Below are positions 9,698 to 19,369 of a stretch of DNA of 64,000 nucleotides, piece after piece. This DNA comes from an uncultured Candidatus Saccharibacteria bacterium (GTDB lineage: Bacteria > Patescibacteriota > Minisyncoccia > Minisyncoccales > GWA2-38-27). The notes beneath the pieces are model-generated. The model ran no database searches. It was not told the origin of the DNA and saw nothing but the letters and a program-made list of their open reading frames with translations. The position numbers and the translations under genes were made by a program. Numbering within the stretch: position 1 is the first letter of the stretch; each line of letters starts with the position of its first letter. The stretch lies in contig CAYMZK010000002.1 of the NCBI GenBank assembly GCA_964394985.1, forward strand, positions 22,349-86,348, read 5' to 3'.

Positions 9698-10804
9698 ATG
9701 AATTTAATTGACTTAACAAAAAAACTTATCAACATTCCTAGCTTTGTAGATGAAACCAATAACGAAAGCGAGGTTGGAGATTTTATAATAAATTATCTCC
9801 AAAGCTTTTCTTTTTTAAAGATTTCAAAACAAGAAGTAGAAAAAAAACGCTTTAATATTATTGCAAAAGATAAATACCCTACAAAAGTTCTAATTACCTG
9901 TCACATGGATACTGTTAGGCCTGGTTCTCAATGGAAAGCAAGTCCTCTTAAGCCGGAAATAAAAAATAACAAAATTTACGGACTAGGGTCATGCGATATG
10001 AAGGGAGGGATAGCTTGCATCCTAGATGCTTTAAAGTCTGTACCCAACACAAAGGGACTAGCCCTTCTTTTTTACTGTGATGAAGAGTATGACTTTAAAG
10101 GAGTTAAAAAGTTTATTAAAGAATATTCATATAAGCCAGATATAATAATTTCTCCAGAAGCAACAAATTTAAAAATTATCGACGGCTTTAAGGGAGTTAT
10201 AGAGATATATTTTAAAGTAAGGGGCAAATCGGGACACCCAGCCAGACCAAATGAAGGAACTAACAGCATCGAGAAAAACCAAAAGATTATAAATAGAATT
10301 AAAAGAGAGGTTAATCGCTACAAAGATCCTTTGTTGGGACCTTCTCTTTTTAATATCAGTTATATTTTAGGGGGTCTTCAAATAAAATCAAAAAATAAAG
10401 TTTCTGTAAGCAATAGAGGAAACAACATTCCCGACATTGCCGAAACTGTTATAGAAATAAGAACCTCTGATAATAAGCTAAACGCTAAAAAAATTATCAG
10501 TATTATAAAAGAAGAGACAATTAAAAATAGCCTATCAATTGAGAAAATTGAAATTCGGAGTGATTTAAAGCCAATGAAAACTAGTCGGGAAAAAAATAAA
10601 TTAATTGAAGGCGTAAAATTTGGAAATTTAAAAAAACAGGGCTATTTTGACGGAGAGATAATATCAAAAAAATTCTCTGCACCATTTATTTGCTTTGGAC
10701 CAATCGGAGGAAATGCTCACAATTCAGAAGAGTGGGTTGATATATCAAGCTTGAAGAAAACTAGAAATATTTATAAAGAAATAATAGAAAAAAATTGCAA
10801 ATAA
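9698..10804 (+). CDS. M20-family metallopeptidase (ArgE/DapE-like deacylase)
   Basis: 368 aa with a typical M20 N-terminus (LINIPSF...E) and motifs HMDTV, CDMKGG and DEEY. Confidence 0.8.
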   Translation: MNLIDLTKKLINIPSFVDETNNESEVGDFIINYLQSFSFLKISKQEVEKKRFNIIAKDKYPTKVLITCHMDTVRPGSQWKASPLKPEIKNNKIYGLGSCDMKGGIACILDALKSVPNTKGLALLFYCDEEYDFKGVKKFIKEYSYKPDIIISPEATNLKIIDGFKGVIEIYFKVRGKSGHPARPNEGTNSIEKNQKIINRIKREVNRYKDPLLGPSLFNISYILGGLQIKSKNKVSVSNRGNNIPDIAETVIEIRTSDNKLNAKKIISIIKEETIKNSLSIEKIEIRSDLKPMKTSREKNKLIEGVKFGNLKKQGYFDGEIISKKFSAPFICFGPIGGNAHNSEEWVDISSLKKTRNIYKEIIEKNCK

Positions 10805-10826
10805 CCTATGTCGAAAGGAGGCATAA

Positions 10827-11354
10827 ATGCTCATTAAAAATCTATCAAGCAAAGCAGAAGCTCAAGCTACAGCAAAACTTTACTGTCAGATATGGAAAGA
10901 ACCACCGTGGAATGAAGATTTTTGGGATCCTAACGAAGTCGTTAAAGACATTCAAAAACAAATCACAAAACTAAATGCTATTTTTCTAATAGCTATTAAT
11001 GGGGCTAGCGAGGTTCTTAGTTTTACTTGGGGATATCAAGTAAACATTAATGAACTTTCAAAGATTTCAGGCGTTGAAACTGAAATTTGGCAAAAAATTG
11101 TCGGCAACAGTAATGTTTTTTATATCGATGAGTTCGGAACTCAAAAAAAACATCGGAAACAGGGGATCGGCACAAAACTAGCTAAAGAGCTATTAAAACA
11201 ACTGTCCAAGACAGATATGGATCTTGTAACATTACGAACAGACAAGTCAGCTGTCCCTGCAAGGACAGTATACTCCCAGCTAGGATTTAAAGAAATTGGC
11301 ATTCAAGACGCCAAATACAAAAACAGAACATATTGGCTTAAATTCTGCAAATAA
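10827..11354 (+). CDS. GNAT-family N-acetyltransferase
   Basis: 175 aa with acetyl-CoA motif HRKQGIGTKLAKELL. A strong SD (AAAGGAGG) precedes the start. Confidence 0.8.
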   Translation: MLIKNLSSKAEAQATAKLYCQIWKEPPWNEDFWDPNEVVKDIQKQITKLNAIFLIAINGASEVLSFTWGYQVNINELSKISGVETEIWQKIVGNSNVFYIDEFGTQKKHRKQGIGTKLAKELLKQLSKTDMDLVTLRTDKSAVPARTVYSQLGFKEIGIQDAKYKNRTYWLKFCK

Positions 11355-11388
11355 AAAAAGAGGCGGTGTGTAAAAACACCGCTTTTTT
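11353..11388 (+). terminator. Rho-independent terminator
   Basis: GCGGTGT/ACACCGC stem flanked by an A-run and T6. Confidence 0.7.
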
Positions 11389-11411
11389 AAATTAAATTGC
11401 AATGAGCAACG

Positions 11412-11485
11412 GGGGCACGACGGGATTCGAACCCGCGACAACTGGAACCACAATCCAGCACTCTAGCCACTGAGTTACGTGCCCC
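11412..11485 (-). tRNA. tRNA-His (anticodon GTG) with encoded G-1
   Basis: Cloverleaf read manually: acceptor GGGCACG/CGTGCCC, anticodon stem CTGGA/TCCAG, loop TTGTGGT, T-loop TTCGAAT, extra 5' G, discriminator C. Confidence 0.9.
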
Positions 11486-11494
11486 TAATTGACA

Positions 11495-12880
11495 TCACTT
11501 AAGAACTGCCTTTATTCTACTCACCAGCAAAGATTTGTCAATAGCTTCTTGCGATCTATTTTTCATATCACGCAAAGAAACTTGACCACCCTTTTGCTCT
11601 TCAGCGCCCAAAATTATTACCAGGGGCACTTCTTTTTGTGCAGCATAAATGATTTGCTTCTTAAGACTACTTTCACCAAGATACACTTCTGTATTGATCC
11701 CCTCGGAACGAAGTTGACTTGCTATTCGAAAATATTCCGGAACAAGATCAGGATCAATTGTCGCGATCAAAACATCTACCAACGAACCTTTTAATCTCAG
11801 CTTTTCCAATTGAAGCATGGCTGAGAATAAACGATCAACCCCTACCGAAGCGCCAGTTCCAGGAATGTTGCTTCCAGGAATAAATCGATCTGTTAATCCA
11901 TCAAATCGACCACCAGAATAAACGCTACCAATCTCGGGAAGAGCAGTTAATACTGTTTCAAAAACAGGACCAGTATAATAACCTAACCCTCGAGCTACAG
12001 AAAGATCCACTTTCCAGTTTCCAGACGGAATTCCAATAGCTTTAAGATTATCAGCCATCATACTAAGCTCTACGATACCATCTTCGCCAATCTGAACACC
12101 CCTAACTACTTCTTCCGCCTTTAGCAAAACTTCATCACAACACCCATCAATCGTGATAAAAGATAGAATCTTATCAACATTTTCAGGAGAAAGATTGGGA
12201 GCAGGATCCCATTTATTGCATGGGGGTCGAGCAAGTTCCTGAGTCAATTCTTCCAAGCTAATTTTTTCTTTCTTGTCAATAATCCTTATTAGCTCGTCTC
12301 TTTTTTCAGGATCTTCGAGGTCAACAACCTGATTAAGAGCCTCGAAAATCTTTCGATTATTAAACTTGACTAAGAAATCCGAGAAGCCTAGAGCAGTCAT
12401 TACCCTAAACATTATCTCTACAATCTCAGTATCAGCTAATATAGACTTTGATCCGATAATATCTGCATCGAATTGAACAAACTCACGGAATCTTCCAGCC
12501 TGTGCTTTCTCGCCTCGCCAAACCTTCCCAATCTGATACCTCTTGAAAGGTTTTTTAATATCTTGCGGATAAGCAGAAACTACCCGCGACAGAGGGACCG
12601 TAAGATCGAAGCGCAAAGCTAAGTCAATGTCACATTTTTTCGCTGCATCCGAAATATTGTCTAGCCCGCTGACAACTAGTGTTCTATACAAGCTCATATC
12701 GAATGCCTTCTTGTTACCTGTTAACACGTCCAATCTTTCAACAGCAGGAGTATCCAAAGGATCGAAACCAAAGCGCTGATAAACTCCTTCAATTTTCCGA
12801 ATCATCTCCTGCCTAGCAATCATTACTGGCGGAAGATAATCAAGAAAGCCTCCTACTTTTTCAGGCTTAATCCTATTCAT
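11495..12880 (-). CDS. hisS: Histidyl-tRNA synthetase
   Basis: 461 aa class II aaRS with motifs FREFVQFDADIIG and YSGGRFDGL plus a C-terminal anticodon-binding domain. tRNA-His lies 10 nt downstream. Confidence 0.85.
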   Translation of the reverse strand: MNRIKPEKVGGFLDYLPPVMIARQEMIRKIEGVYQRFGFDPLDTPAVERLDVLTGNKKAFDMSLYRTLVVSGLDNISDAAKKCDIDLALRFDLTVPLSRVVSAYPQDIKKPFKRYQIGKVWRGEKAQAGRFREFVQFDADIIGSKSILADTEIVEIMFRVMTALGFSDFLVKFNNRKIFEALNQVVDLEDPEKRDELIRIIDKKEKISLEELTQELARPPCNKWDPAPNLSPENVDKILSFITIDGCCDEVLLKAEEVVRGVQIGEDGIVELSMMADNLKAIGIPSGNWKVDLSVARGLGYYTGPVFETVLTALPEIGSVYSGGRFDGLTDRFIPGSNIPGTGASVGVDRLFSAMLQLEKLRLKGSLVDVLIATIDPDLVPEYFRIASQLRSEGINTEVYLGESSLKKQIIYAAQKEVPLVIILGAEEQKGGQVSLRDMKNRSQEAIDKSLLVSRIKAVLK

Positions 12881-12891
12881 CGCTACCTCCT

Positions 12892-13908
12892 TTAAGAAAG
12901 AAATTTGAGATCTTCTGTTAGTATATCAATAATTCTTTCAGAATCATCTGAAAAATCGTTCTGATCGGAGGCAACAGCAATGCTTGTAGCTGGACTTGAA
13001 TGAATTACATCTCTTATAAGTAGCTCTTTATTGTTAACACTTTCTATTTCTCGATAGATTCTTCGAGAAAGCCTAATACAAGAAACACTAAAAGCTACTA
13101 AGTCCTTTTTGCTTCCTCTTAAAGAGGCCCACTCTTTTGGTTTTCCATAAAGAAAGATGTATGGCATAGACATGCTGGCACGATCATACAGATAAAGCGG
13201 AAAGTGGCTTTGGCCCATTTTTGCACCAACAACCCTGCCACAATTAGGAACAAATGGCAAAAAATCATGTGTCGGCACCCAATCAAGCAAGCTTTCTCTC
13301 GAGCCGCCTATTTGATAAAAAAGATCTCCACTATAAATCTTTTTTAGCAAAGCTTCTGCTTCAGGAAATAAAACCCCCAAAACAATTGTGATTATATTTT
13401 TTTCTGGGAGATTGTTTAAGATGAATTGCAAGGTCTTTCCAGTAAAGGCACCGTCTTCAATAATTATTATCGGTTTTTGTCTGACGGATTGCAACTGCCT
13501 ACTCAACGAACAGTGACCAGGCCTTGGACCAATTCCGATAATCTCCCCTTCAAAATTTACAAGCCTATTCAAGTAAGCACAATCTCCATCAGCCTCGTAG
13601 GCGATAAGCGGAGAAGTACTCACAATCACTGATTCTGGATGTTTTTGTTTAGCACTATGCGCATGTGCAACAAGATCATCACACATGTCTCCAAAATTCA
13701 GAACCGTAACGCCAACATTATCACCATCGAGATTGCTCTTTATAAGATCTATTAACTCCGCCTCTATCTTTTCAATAAAATCTTCTTCCGGTATCTTTAA
13801 ACCAATCCTCTTAAATGATCTTAAACACTTTTTTAGGGTAGTAGTTACAATGTATTTTTGGCAATGATGATCAGTCACACTATCTTCTTTTTTTTCTTTA
13901 CTAACCAT
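12892..13908 (-). CDS. Phosphoribosyltransferase-domain protein
   Basis: 338 aa with the type I PRT PRPP-binding signature IIIIEDGAFTGKT. A TTGACA/TATAAA-like promoter lies upstream at about 13990. Confidence 0.5.
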   Translation of the reverse strand: MVSKEKKEDSVTDHHCQKYIVTTTLKKCLRSFKRIGLKIPEEDFIEKIEAELIDLIKSNLDGDNVGVTVLNFGDMCDDLVAHAHSAKQKHPESVIVSTSPLIAYEADGDCAYLNRLVNFEGEIIGIGPRPGHCSLSRQLQSVRQKPIIIIEDGAFTGKTLQFILNNLPEKNIITIVLGVLFPEAEALLKKIYSGDLFYQIGGSRESLLDWVPTHDFLPFVPNCGRVVGAKMGQSHFPLYLYDRASMSMPYIFLYGKPKEWASLRGSKKDLVAFSVSCIRLSRRIYREIESVNNKELLIRDVIHSSPATSIAVASDQNDFSDDSERIIDILTEDLKFLS

Positions 13909-14302
13909 CTCGTTCTCCTTAATAAATAGTTCCTTTTTAAATTGTGAAAGAACACGTCGCTCTTTCTTGTACTTATATTTATATAAATAAAAATCAATGT
14001 CAACCCTTTTAAGGAAAACCCTCCGAAAACGCCCGCAAAACTCGCAGGCTTTTTATTTGTGCTCCACCTGGTGGATCACAATAATGAAAGCACAATATAT
14101 GACATCCCTCGCTAGGTTGCTCGGCTAAGCCGAGCAACCTAATTACAAACGCAAGAAATTAACTGAGCGTATAATATATATCTAGACATAGACATTTGTA
14201 ATATTTTTTAAAATATGTTACAGTCGAATTAGTTCTTTTTTTAAAAATTAGTACGCGATTGAGGGCATTTTACCCCTCTAAACCAAAATAGGAGGAAAAA
14301 CC

Positions 14303-14494
14303 CTCCGAAAACGCCCGCAAAACTCGCGGGCTTTTTATTTAAGTTCTTTTTTAATAAGCTCTATCATTTTAAAGGGAGGATAATCGGCCTTAAGAATAAA
14401 CTTTTGTCCCTCAACAAACTTTCCCTTGTTTTTTAGTTCATCAATAGAATAGTTTGTTGTTACTAAAACTTTAGTGTTTTTATTTTTAGAACTC
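14303..14494. repeat. About 192-bp direct duplicate of the terminator plus 3' end of the response-regulator gene (partner 17124-17315)
   Basis: The two stretches read as near-identical. The terminator core also recurs at 14028-14070. Confidence 0.85.
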
Positions 14495-14586
14495 TTTTTA
14501 AAAGGATTAGAACAATTAAATTATTCCAGAAAAAAGATTAATAATTTTAACATTAACGAGCTAGGTGTTGCACTTACTTGTTGAAC

Positions 14587-14769
14587 CTAGATGTTGTACA
14601 TCTCTTTAATTTCATAATAGATTATCTGTTCTAATCTAATTCTAGCTTGCTTGGAAAGCCCTAATGATTCAGTTATCTTTATCCATCTAGTATATTTATC
14701 TTGTAATATTAATGGTTTAGGTATGAAGAAGCTGTGGCCTCTCCATGCCTTTGTGGTACGATTAGTCAT
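14587..14769 (-). CDS. Hypothetical 60-aa protein, possibly the N-terminal HTH fragment of a transposase
   Basis: The ARIRLEQIIYY segment resembles N-termini of IS481-like transposases. This is weak and based on recollection only. Confidence 0.2.
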   Translation of the reverse strand: MTNRTTKAWRGHSFFIPKPLILQDKYTRWIKITESLGLSKQARIRLEQIIYYEIKEMYNI

Positions 14770-14770
14770 A

Positions 14771-14850
14771 AGATGAGATTACATAGGTTATTTATTGTTC
14801 TTTTACCCTCATTTTACCAGATTTTGGTAAAATAGGGGTGTTACCTATGT
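14771..14850. repeat. Long imperfect palindrome
   Basis: AGATGAGATTACATAGGT pairs with ACCTATGTATCTCATCT. Inner pairing is TTTTACC/GGTAAAA. Confidence 0.6.
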
Positions 14851-14858
14851 ATCTCATC

Positions 14859-15722
14859 TTATTCAATTTTAAATAAAAGAATGGAGAAGCGGCAATGACC
14901 AAAAAGCTCTTGAATTAAATTAATTTTACCAGTTTTTTGCCTATAAAACTCAAACCCTTCTTTCTTAATTTTTTTTATTATTTTATTAGGTCTCTTTTGA
15001 GTAGTTAATAACAAAAAACCTTTTTTATTGAGTTTATTTTTTATAATTTTTAAATATTTTTCTGTTTCGTCACAATATTTTTTATTATCAAAAATATTTG
15101 AGGTATAAATCAAATCATAAAAATTGTTCTCAAATAAATCTAAGTTTTCGTCAAACAAACCCTGATATATATTTATTTTATAAAGATTTTTTCTTAATTT
15201 TTTATAATTTTCTTTTTCTAAATATAAAAGATATTTTTTATTATTTTGCACAAAGCTATGTTTGTACCAAAATTTTGAATTTTTAAGACAATTTATAAAA
15301 TTATTATTATTACAATTATTAAAAACATGACAAAGAAGTAATTTGGTAATTGGATTTATTTCTTTTTCAATTCTAGAATAAATATCTAGATTATTTTCTA
15401 TTTTACTATTTTTAAGAATACTCTTTAATTCTTCTACTGATAGTTTTTTTATTAATGCCGATTTTAAATCAACGGTTATGTTAGATAATAGCCTCACATC
15501 ACAAAGATTTATTTTAGAAATATCTTTAAAATTAACCAAACAATTAAATGCAAAATCTCCTCCTCCACTTATAGAGTATATCTTCTTAATATTTTCGCCC
15601 TTAAGTTTTGATAAAAAATCGCTATTTTTTTCGTTCGTAAAAAACCAAGCTCGCTCGTTTTTTTTAAAGAAAATATCTTTAATGTTTATTTTTTGACATA
15701 TCTGTTTTATTTTTTTATTCAT
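14859..15722 (-). CDS. Hypothetical protein, possibly a DUF3419/BtaA-like SAM-binding fold
   Basis: 287 aa, extremely AT-rich, with a SISGGGDFAFNCL glycine-rich motif. Confidence 0.3.
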   Translation of the reverse strand: MNKKIKQICQKINIKDIFFKKNERAWFFTNEKNSDFLSKLKGENIKKIYSISGGGDFAFNCLVNFKDISKINLCDVRLLSNITVDLKSALIKKLSVEELKSILKNSKIENNLDIYSRIEKEINPITKLLLCHVFNNCNNNNFINCLKNSKFWYKHSFVQNNKKYLLYLEKENYKKLRKNLYKINIYQGLFDENLDLFENNFYDLIYTSNIFDNKKYCDETEKYLKIIKNKLNKKGFLLLTTQKRPNKIIKKIKKEGFEFYRQKTGKINLIQELFGHCRFSILLFKIE

Positions 15723-16501
15723 AATTCAATTACCGGCCTAAAAGTTAAAATTGTGCTCCAAAAATCCAAAGGCTCCCAACCAAAACATCCGGGCAATTTA
15801 CTTCCACCAGCTAACTGCTTGTCTTTTCCAAATTTATCTTCAAGCCATTCCCATGTGTTTGTTTTTCTCCACGCCGGATAAAAAGTGTTTGCTAAATAAT
15901 TATATTCTATAAAATACGGCAGGCGTATATTTTTTTTATTGTTTATTTTTAAAAATTCCAAAATGGCCGGCTTCAATTCATTTATCTCATGAACATTAAG
16001 GCAAAATCTTGAACCAAAACCCTTCTCTGTTAAGATTTCCTTTAAATATTCTTCACTGTGTATTTGCTTGTTCCATTTTTTAAAATATTCTTTAGAAGAA
16101 AATCCTAGTTTGTCTAAAAATCGCACATCAGCAGATCTTACCCACGGAACTTTTTTCCTCGGTCTATTTCTAACATCAATTAGAATCCACTTACCAGTTA
16201 AATTTAGAGCATTTTCGTTTATTTTCCCTTCTTTTATTTTTTTGTAAAAAACTCTATGTAGTCTATTTCTCTTCTTCCTCCAAAAAGAGACATCTGGAAC
16301 TTCTCTTAAAGATATCTTAGGCATATAATGAACATTAAACAAATTTTGTTGCCAATAAAAAAGATTATTTTCATCAATCCAGTTCGGCATTTTAGGTGCT
16401 TCTTTAAAATTTAAACTAAAGAGAGAGTTAATCATTTTTTTTTCTCTTTCATATATTTCTTTTTTATTTAAAAACCTCTCACAATTCATTCTCATCTCCA
16501 A
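15719..16501 (-). CDS. Hypothetical protein
   Basis: 260-aa ORF overlapping both neighbours by a few nt. No motif recognised. Confidence 0.5.
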   Translation of the reverse strand: MEMRMNCERFLNKKEIYEREKKMINSLFSLNFKEAPKMPNWIDENNLFYWQQNLFNVHYMPKISLREVPDVSFWRKKRNRLHRVFYKKIKEGKINENALNLTGKWILIDVRNRPRKKVPWVRSADVRFLDKLGFSSKEYFKKWNKQIHSEEYLKEILTEKGFGSRFCLNVHEINELKPAILEFLKINNKKNIRLPYFIEYNYLANTFYPAWRKTNTWEWLEDKFGKDKQLAGGSKLPGCFGWEPLDFWSTILTFRPVIEL

Positions 16502-17036
16502 TTAAAAAGATTTTGGGATTTGATAAAATCCCCTTAACAAAGTCATTGTTTTTCTTGTTTTTAAACTCTTTTTTTGAAAAAATATGATAATTAATATCTC
16601 TATTAACTAGTTTTTCTAACTGACAAATTTTTTCAATTAACAAATCTTCGTTTGGTTTACCAATAATCATTAAATCAATATCTGAAAAAGAATCTTCTTT
16701 ATTTTTTGCATAAGATCCAAAAATAAAAGCAATTTCTATTTTGTTAATTTTCTTCAATAATTCTTTTAGCCTCCCCTTAATCCCGACTGTTTTAAAAAAA
16801 ATGCTCTTAATTTCTTTATATAGAGGGTGGTTTTTGTTTATTTTAAAAAAACGACTATTTCCCTTAAATTCACTTTGCAAAATATCTTTTTTAACCAAAT
16901 CATTAATGTCTTTTTGGAAAACACCAGCTTTTTTATTTATTATCCTTCCAATCTCTCTCAAATAGTATTCTTTTCCCGGATCATTTAAAAAAAGCTCTAA
17001 AATTAAAGTTTGATTTTTAGTAAATTTTAATGGCAT
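16479..17036 (-). CDS. wHTH plus nucleotidyltransferase-domain protein (MNT-like)
   Basis: FIFGSYAKNKEDSFSDIDLMIIG matches the GSx(n)DxD polymerase-beta-type NTase motif. Confidence 0.7.
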   Translation of the reverse strand: MPLKFTKNQTLILELFLNDPGKEYYLREIGRIINKKAGVFQKDINDLVKKDILQSEFKGNSRFFKINKNHPLYKEIKSIFFKTVGIKGRLKELLKKINKIEIAFIFGSYAKNKEDSFSDIDLMIIGKPNEDLLIEKICQLEKLVNRDINYHIFSKKEFKNKKNNDFVKGILSNPKIFLIGDENEL

Positions 17037-17156
17037 AAATAGGGTGTTTATTATCTACATACAATTGTATGCTAAAAAAATACACCTGTCAATCTCCTGC
17101 ATAAAATATTAGGGGGCGCATCGCCTCCGAAAAAGCCCGCAAAACTCGCGGGCTTT

Positions 17157-17522
17157 TTATTTAAGTTCTTTTTTAATAAGCTCTATCATTTTAAAGGGAG
17201 GATAATCGGCCTTAAGAATAAACTTTTGTCCCTCAACAAACTTTCCCTTGTTTTTTAGTTCATCAATAGAATAGTTTGTTGTTACTAAAACTTTAGTGTT
17301 TTTATTTTTAGAACTTTTTTTAATTTCTTTTAAAATAGTTAGCCCGTCAATATCTGGCAAGATATAATCTAAAAGAATTAAATCAAACTTATCTTTTTTT
17401 ATTTCTTCTAAAGCTTCTTCTCCGCCTCTAGTATTAACAACTTCAAAGTCGGCTTGCTTCATAGCAATAGTATATACTTCTGCAGTATTTGGATCGTCTT
17501 CTATAAACAATATCTTTACCAT
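17157..17522 (-). CDS. Single-domain response regulator (CheY-like receiver)
   Basis: 121 aa with ILFIEDD...DLILLDYILPDIDG...K. Confidence 0.85.
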   Translation of the reverse strand: MVKILFIEDDPNTAEVYTIAMKQADFEVVNTRGGEEALEEIKKDKFDLILLDYILPDIDGLTILKEIKKSSKNKNTKVLVTTNYSIDELKNKGKFVEGQKFILKADYPPFKMIELIKKELK

Positions 17523-17631
17523 AATCCCTTTATTTCAGTATACTCTTCTTAATTTTAAACACAAGCAACTATTTCAATTCAATAAAGAAAGTAGTCCCTT
17601 TTCCTTTTAGACTTTGCTTCTTTAATCAATT

Positions 17632-17889
17632 TTATTTTCTAGTAGAGATTGGTAAAAATTTTTCTATTAGCAGGTCTACATCTTTATTCTTTTCCCAAAC
17701 TTTTTTCATGCTAAAATACATTTTCAATATACTAATATGCGGTTTTTGTTTTATTTTATAAATTTTTACCCATTCATCCTGGTTTTGTATTAAAATATTT
17801 AAACACTCTGAAAATTTATAAATTCTTTCTTTTTCTTCCTTGTAATTATAATTAACATTTAGGTAATTATAAAATATAATATGAAGCAA
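17632..17889 (-). CDS. Hypothetical protein inside the insertion scar
   Basis: ORF only, very AT-rich. Confidence 0.2.
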   Translation of the reverse strand: MLHIIFYNYLNVNYNYKEEKERIYKFSECLNILIQNQDEWVKIYKIKQKPHISILKMYFSMKKVWEKNKDVDLLIEKFLPISTRK

Positions 17890-17908
17890 CTCGTGCGGGG
17901 AAAAGCGG

Positions 17909-18004
17909 GAAAAGGGGTCAGGAGCCTTTTTTGTATGTTTATGCTATTAAAAATTATTTTTCAAAAGTGGATTGTCTCTTTTTATGATAATTTTCACGAA
18001 GACA
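17909..18004. repeat. Junction repeat unit (AAAAGGGGTCAGGAGCC...CACGAAGACA); second copy at 18524-18624
   Basis: The two copies are near-identical. Each abuts a copy of the kinase 3' end. Confidence 0.85.
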
Positions 18005-18503
18005 ATTCAATAAAGAAGGTGGTTCCTTTACCTTTGCCCTCAGATTCCGCCCAAATTTTACCATTATGAGCTTTTATAATATGTCCGGTTACATAAACGC
18101 CAATCCCCCTACCAAGACCATGAACCTTGCTAGCTTCTTTTCCTCTTTTAAAGGCAGATTTAAATAGCACCTTTGCTTTTTCCGGATCTAATCCAATCCC
18201 CGTATCTTTAACCGAAAGTAGCGCTCCTTTACTTTTAGCTTTTTGTAAGGTTACCGAAACACTTCCTTCTTTAGTGTATTTGATAGCATTATCAATAATG
18301 TTAAACAAAGCTACTTTTAATTTTTCTGGGTCAGCTTTAATTTCTGGAACACTGCCAATCTTCTTATAGGTTAAATCTATGCCTCTATTTTTTGCCTCAA
18401 AATGAAGTTCTTCCATTACTTCTTCAATTAAGTCTTCAAATTTAATTCCAGATTGTAAACTAACGACCTCTTTGCCCATCTGAAATTGAGAAATATCCAA
18501 CAA
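17994..18503 (-). pseudogene. Duplicated 3' fragment (HATPase_c domain) of the histidine kinase gene at 27770-29386
   Basis: The 169-aa translation is identical to the kinase C-terminus except for the last residues (ELSS* versus ELK*). The antisense ORFs 18127-18369 and 27900-28142 also translate identically. Confidence 0.9.
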
Positions 18504-18761
18504 AGCGTTAACTACTCTAATTGAAAAGGGGTCAGGAGCCTTTTTTGTATGTTCATGCTATTAAAAATTATTTTTCAAAAGTGGATTGTCTCTTTCTCTT
18601 TTTATGATAATTTTCACGAAGACAGTTCAATAAAGAAAGTGGTTCCTTTACCTTTGCCCTCAGATTCCGCCCAAATTTTACCATTATGTTCTTGCACTAT
18701 TTTTTTAATTTTTTAAATAAATCCAACATCTTAAGTTGAACCTGATTTTAAATTAGCAAGA

Positions 18762-19363
18762 TTAGCAAGGCATTATAATATCTCCCTTAATTGAAGAATA
18801 TTTGTTTTTACATATATTTTCTTGTTTGGTTTTTAATAATACATTTTTAAAATAGCATTTGATTCCTTTCCCTTCTTGAATTATTCCGCTATTTTGCAAA
18901 TGATAATAAAGGTGTGGCTCTGAAGTGTTTCCCGAATTGCCGCAAAGCCCAACAACTTGGTCTGTTTTAACTTTATCTCCTACTTTCACTTTTATGTTTC
19001 CTTGTTTCAAATGAGCAAAAACTGAAAATTCACTTTTGTGATGTTTAATAATTACTGCGCTTCCTATTGCTGAATACGGATTCATTGAACCAGGTATATT
19101 ATTTTTCACGCCATCAATAACTTCCACCACAAAACCGCTTACTGGAGCTAAGATTTTTTTCCAAAAGAATAAAAATCCTGATTTCTTTTACCTTTTCCTC
19201 TATACCTTTTATTTTTACTATTTAAAGCATCAAAGTCAAAAGCAAATTTCTGATTAGGTGCTTCGTGGTGAGCATTTGGTCTTTCCGTGTCTCCTCCCAA
19301 AAAACAGCCCAAGTCCTCTCAAATGGCAAATATAAAATTGTTTTGTTTCTTTTTTGCAACCAT
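18762..19363 (-). pseudogene. M23/LytM-family peptidase, disrupted by at least two frameshifts
   Basis: The C-terminal part is intact (GNSGNTSEPHLYYH). The upstream parts MVAKKKQNNFI / PFERTWAVFW / GGDTERPNAHHEAPNQKFAFDFDA lie in three different frames, and one shift is at a T6 run. Confidence 0.7.
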
Positions 19364-19369
19364 GTTTTA

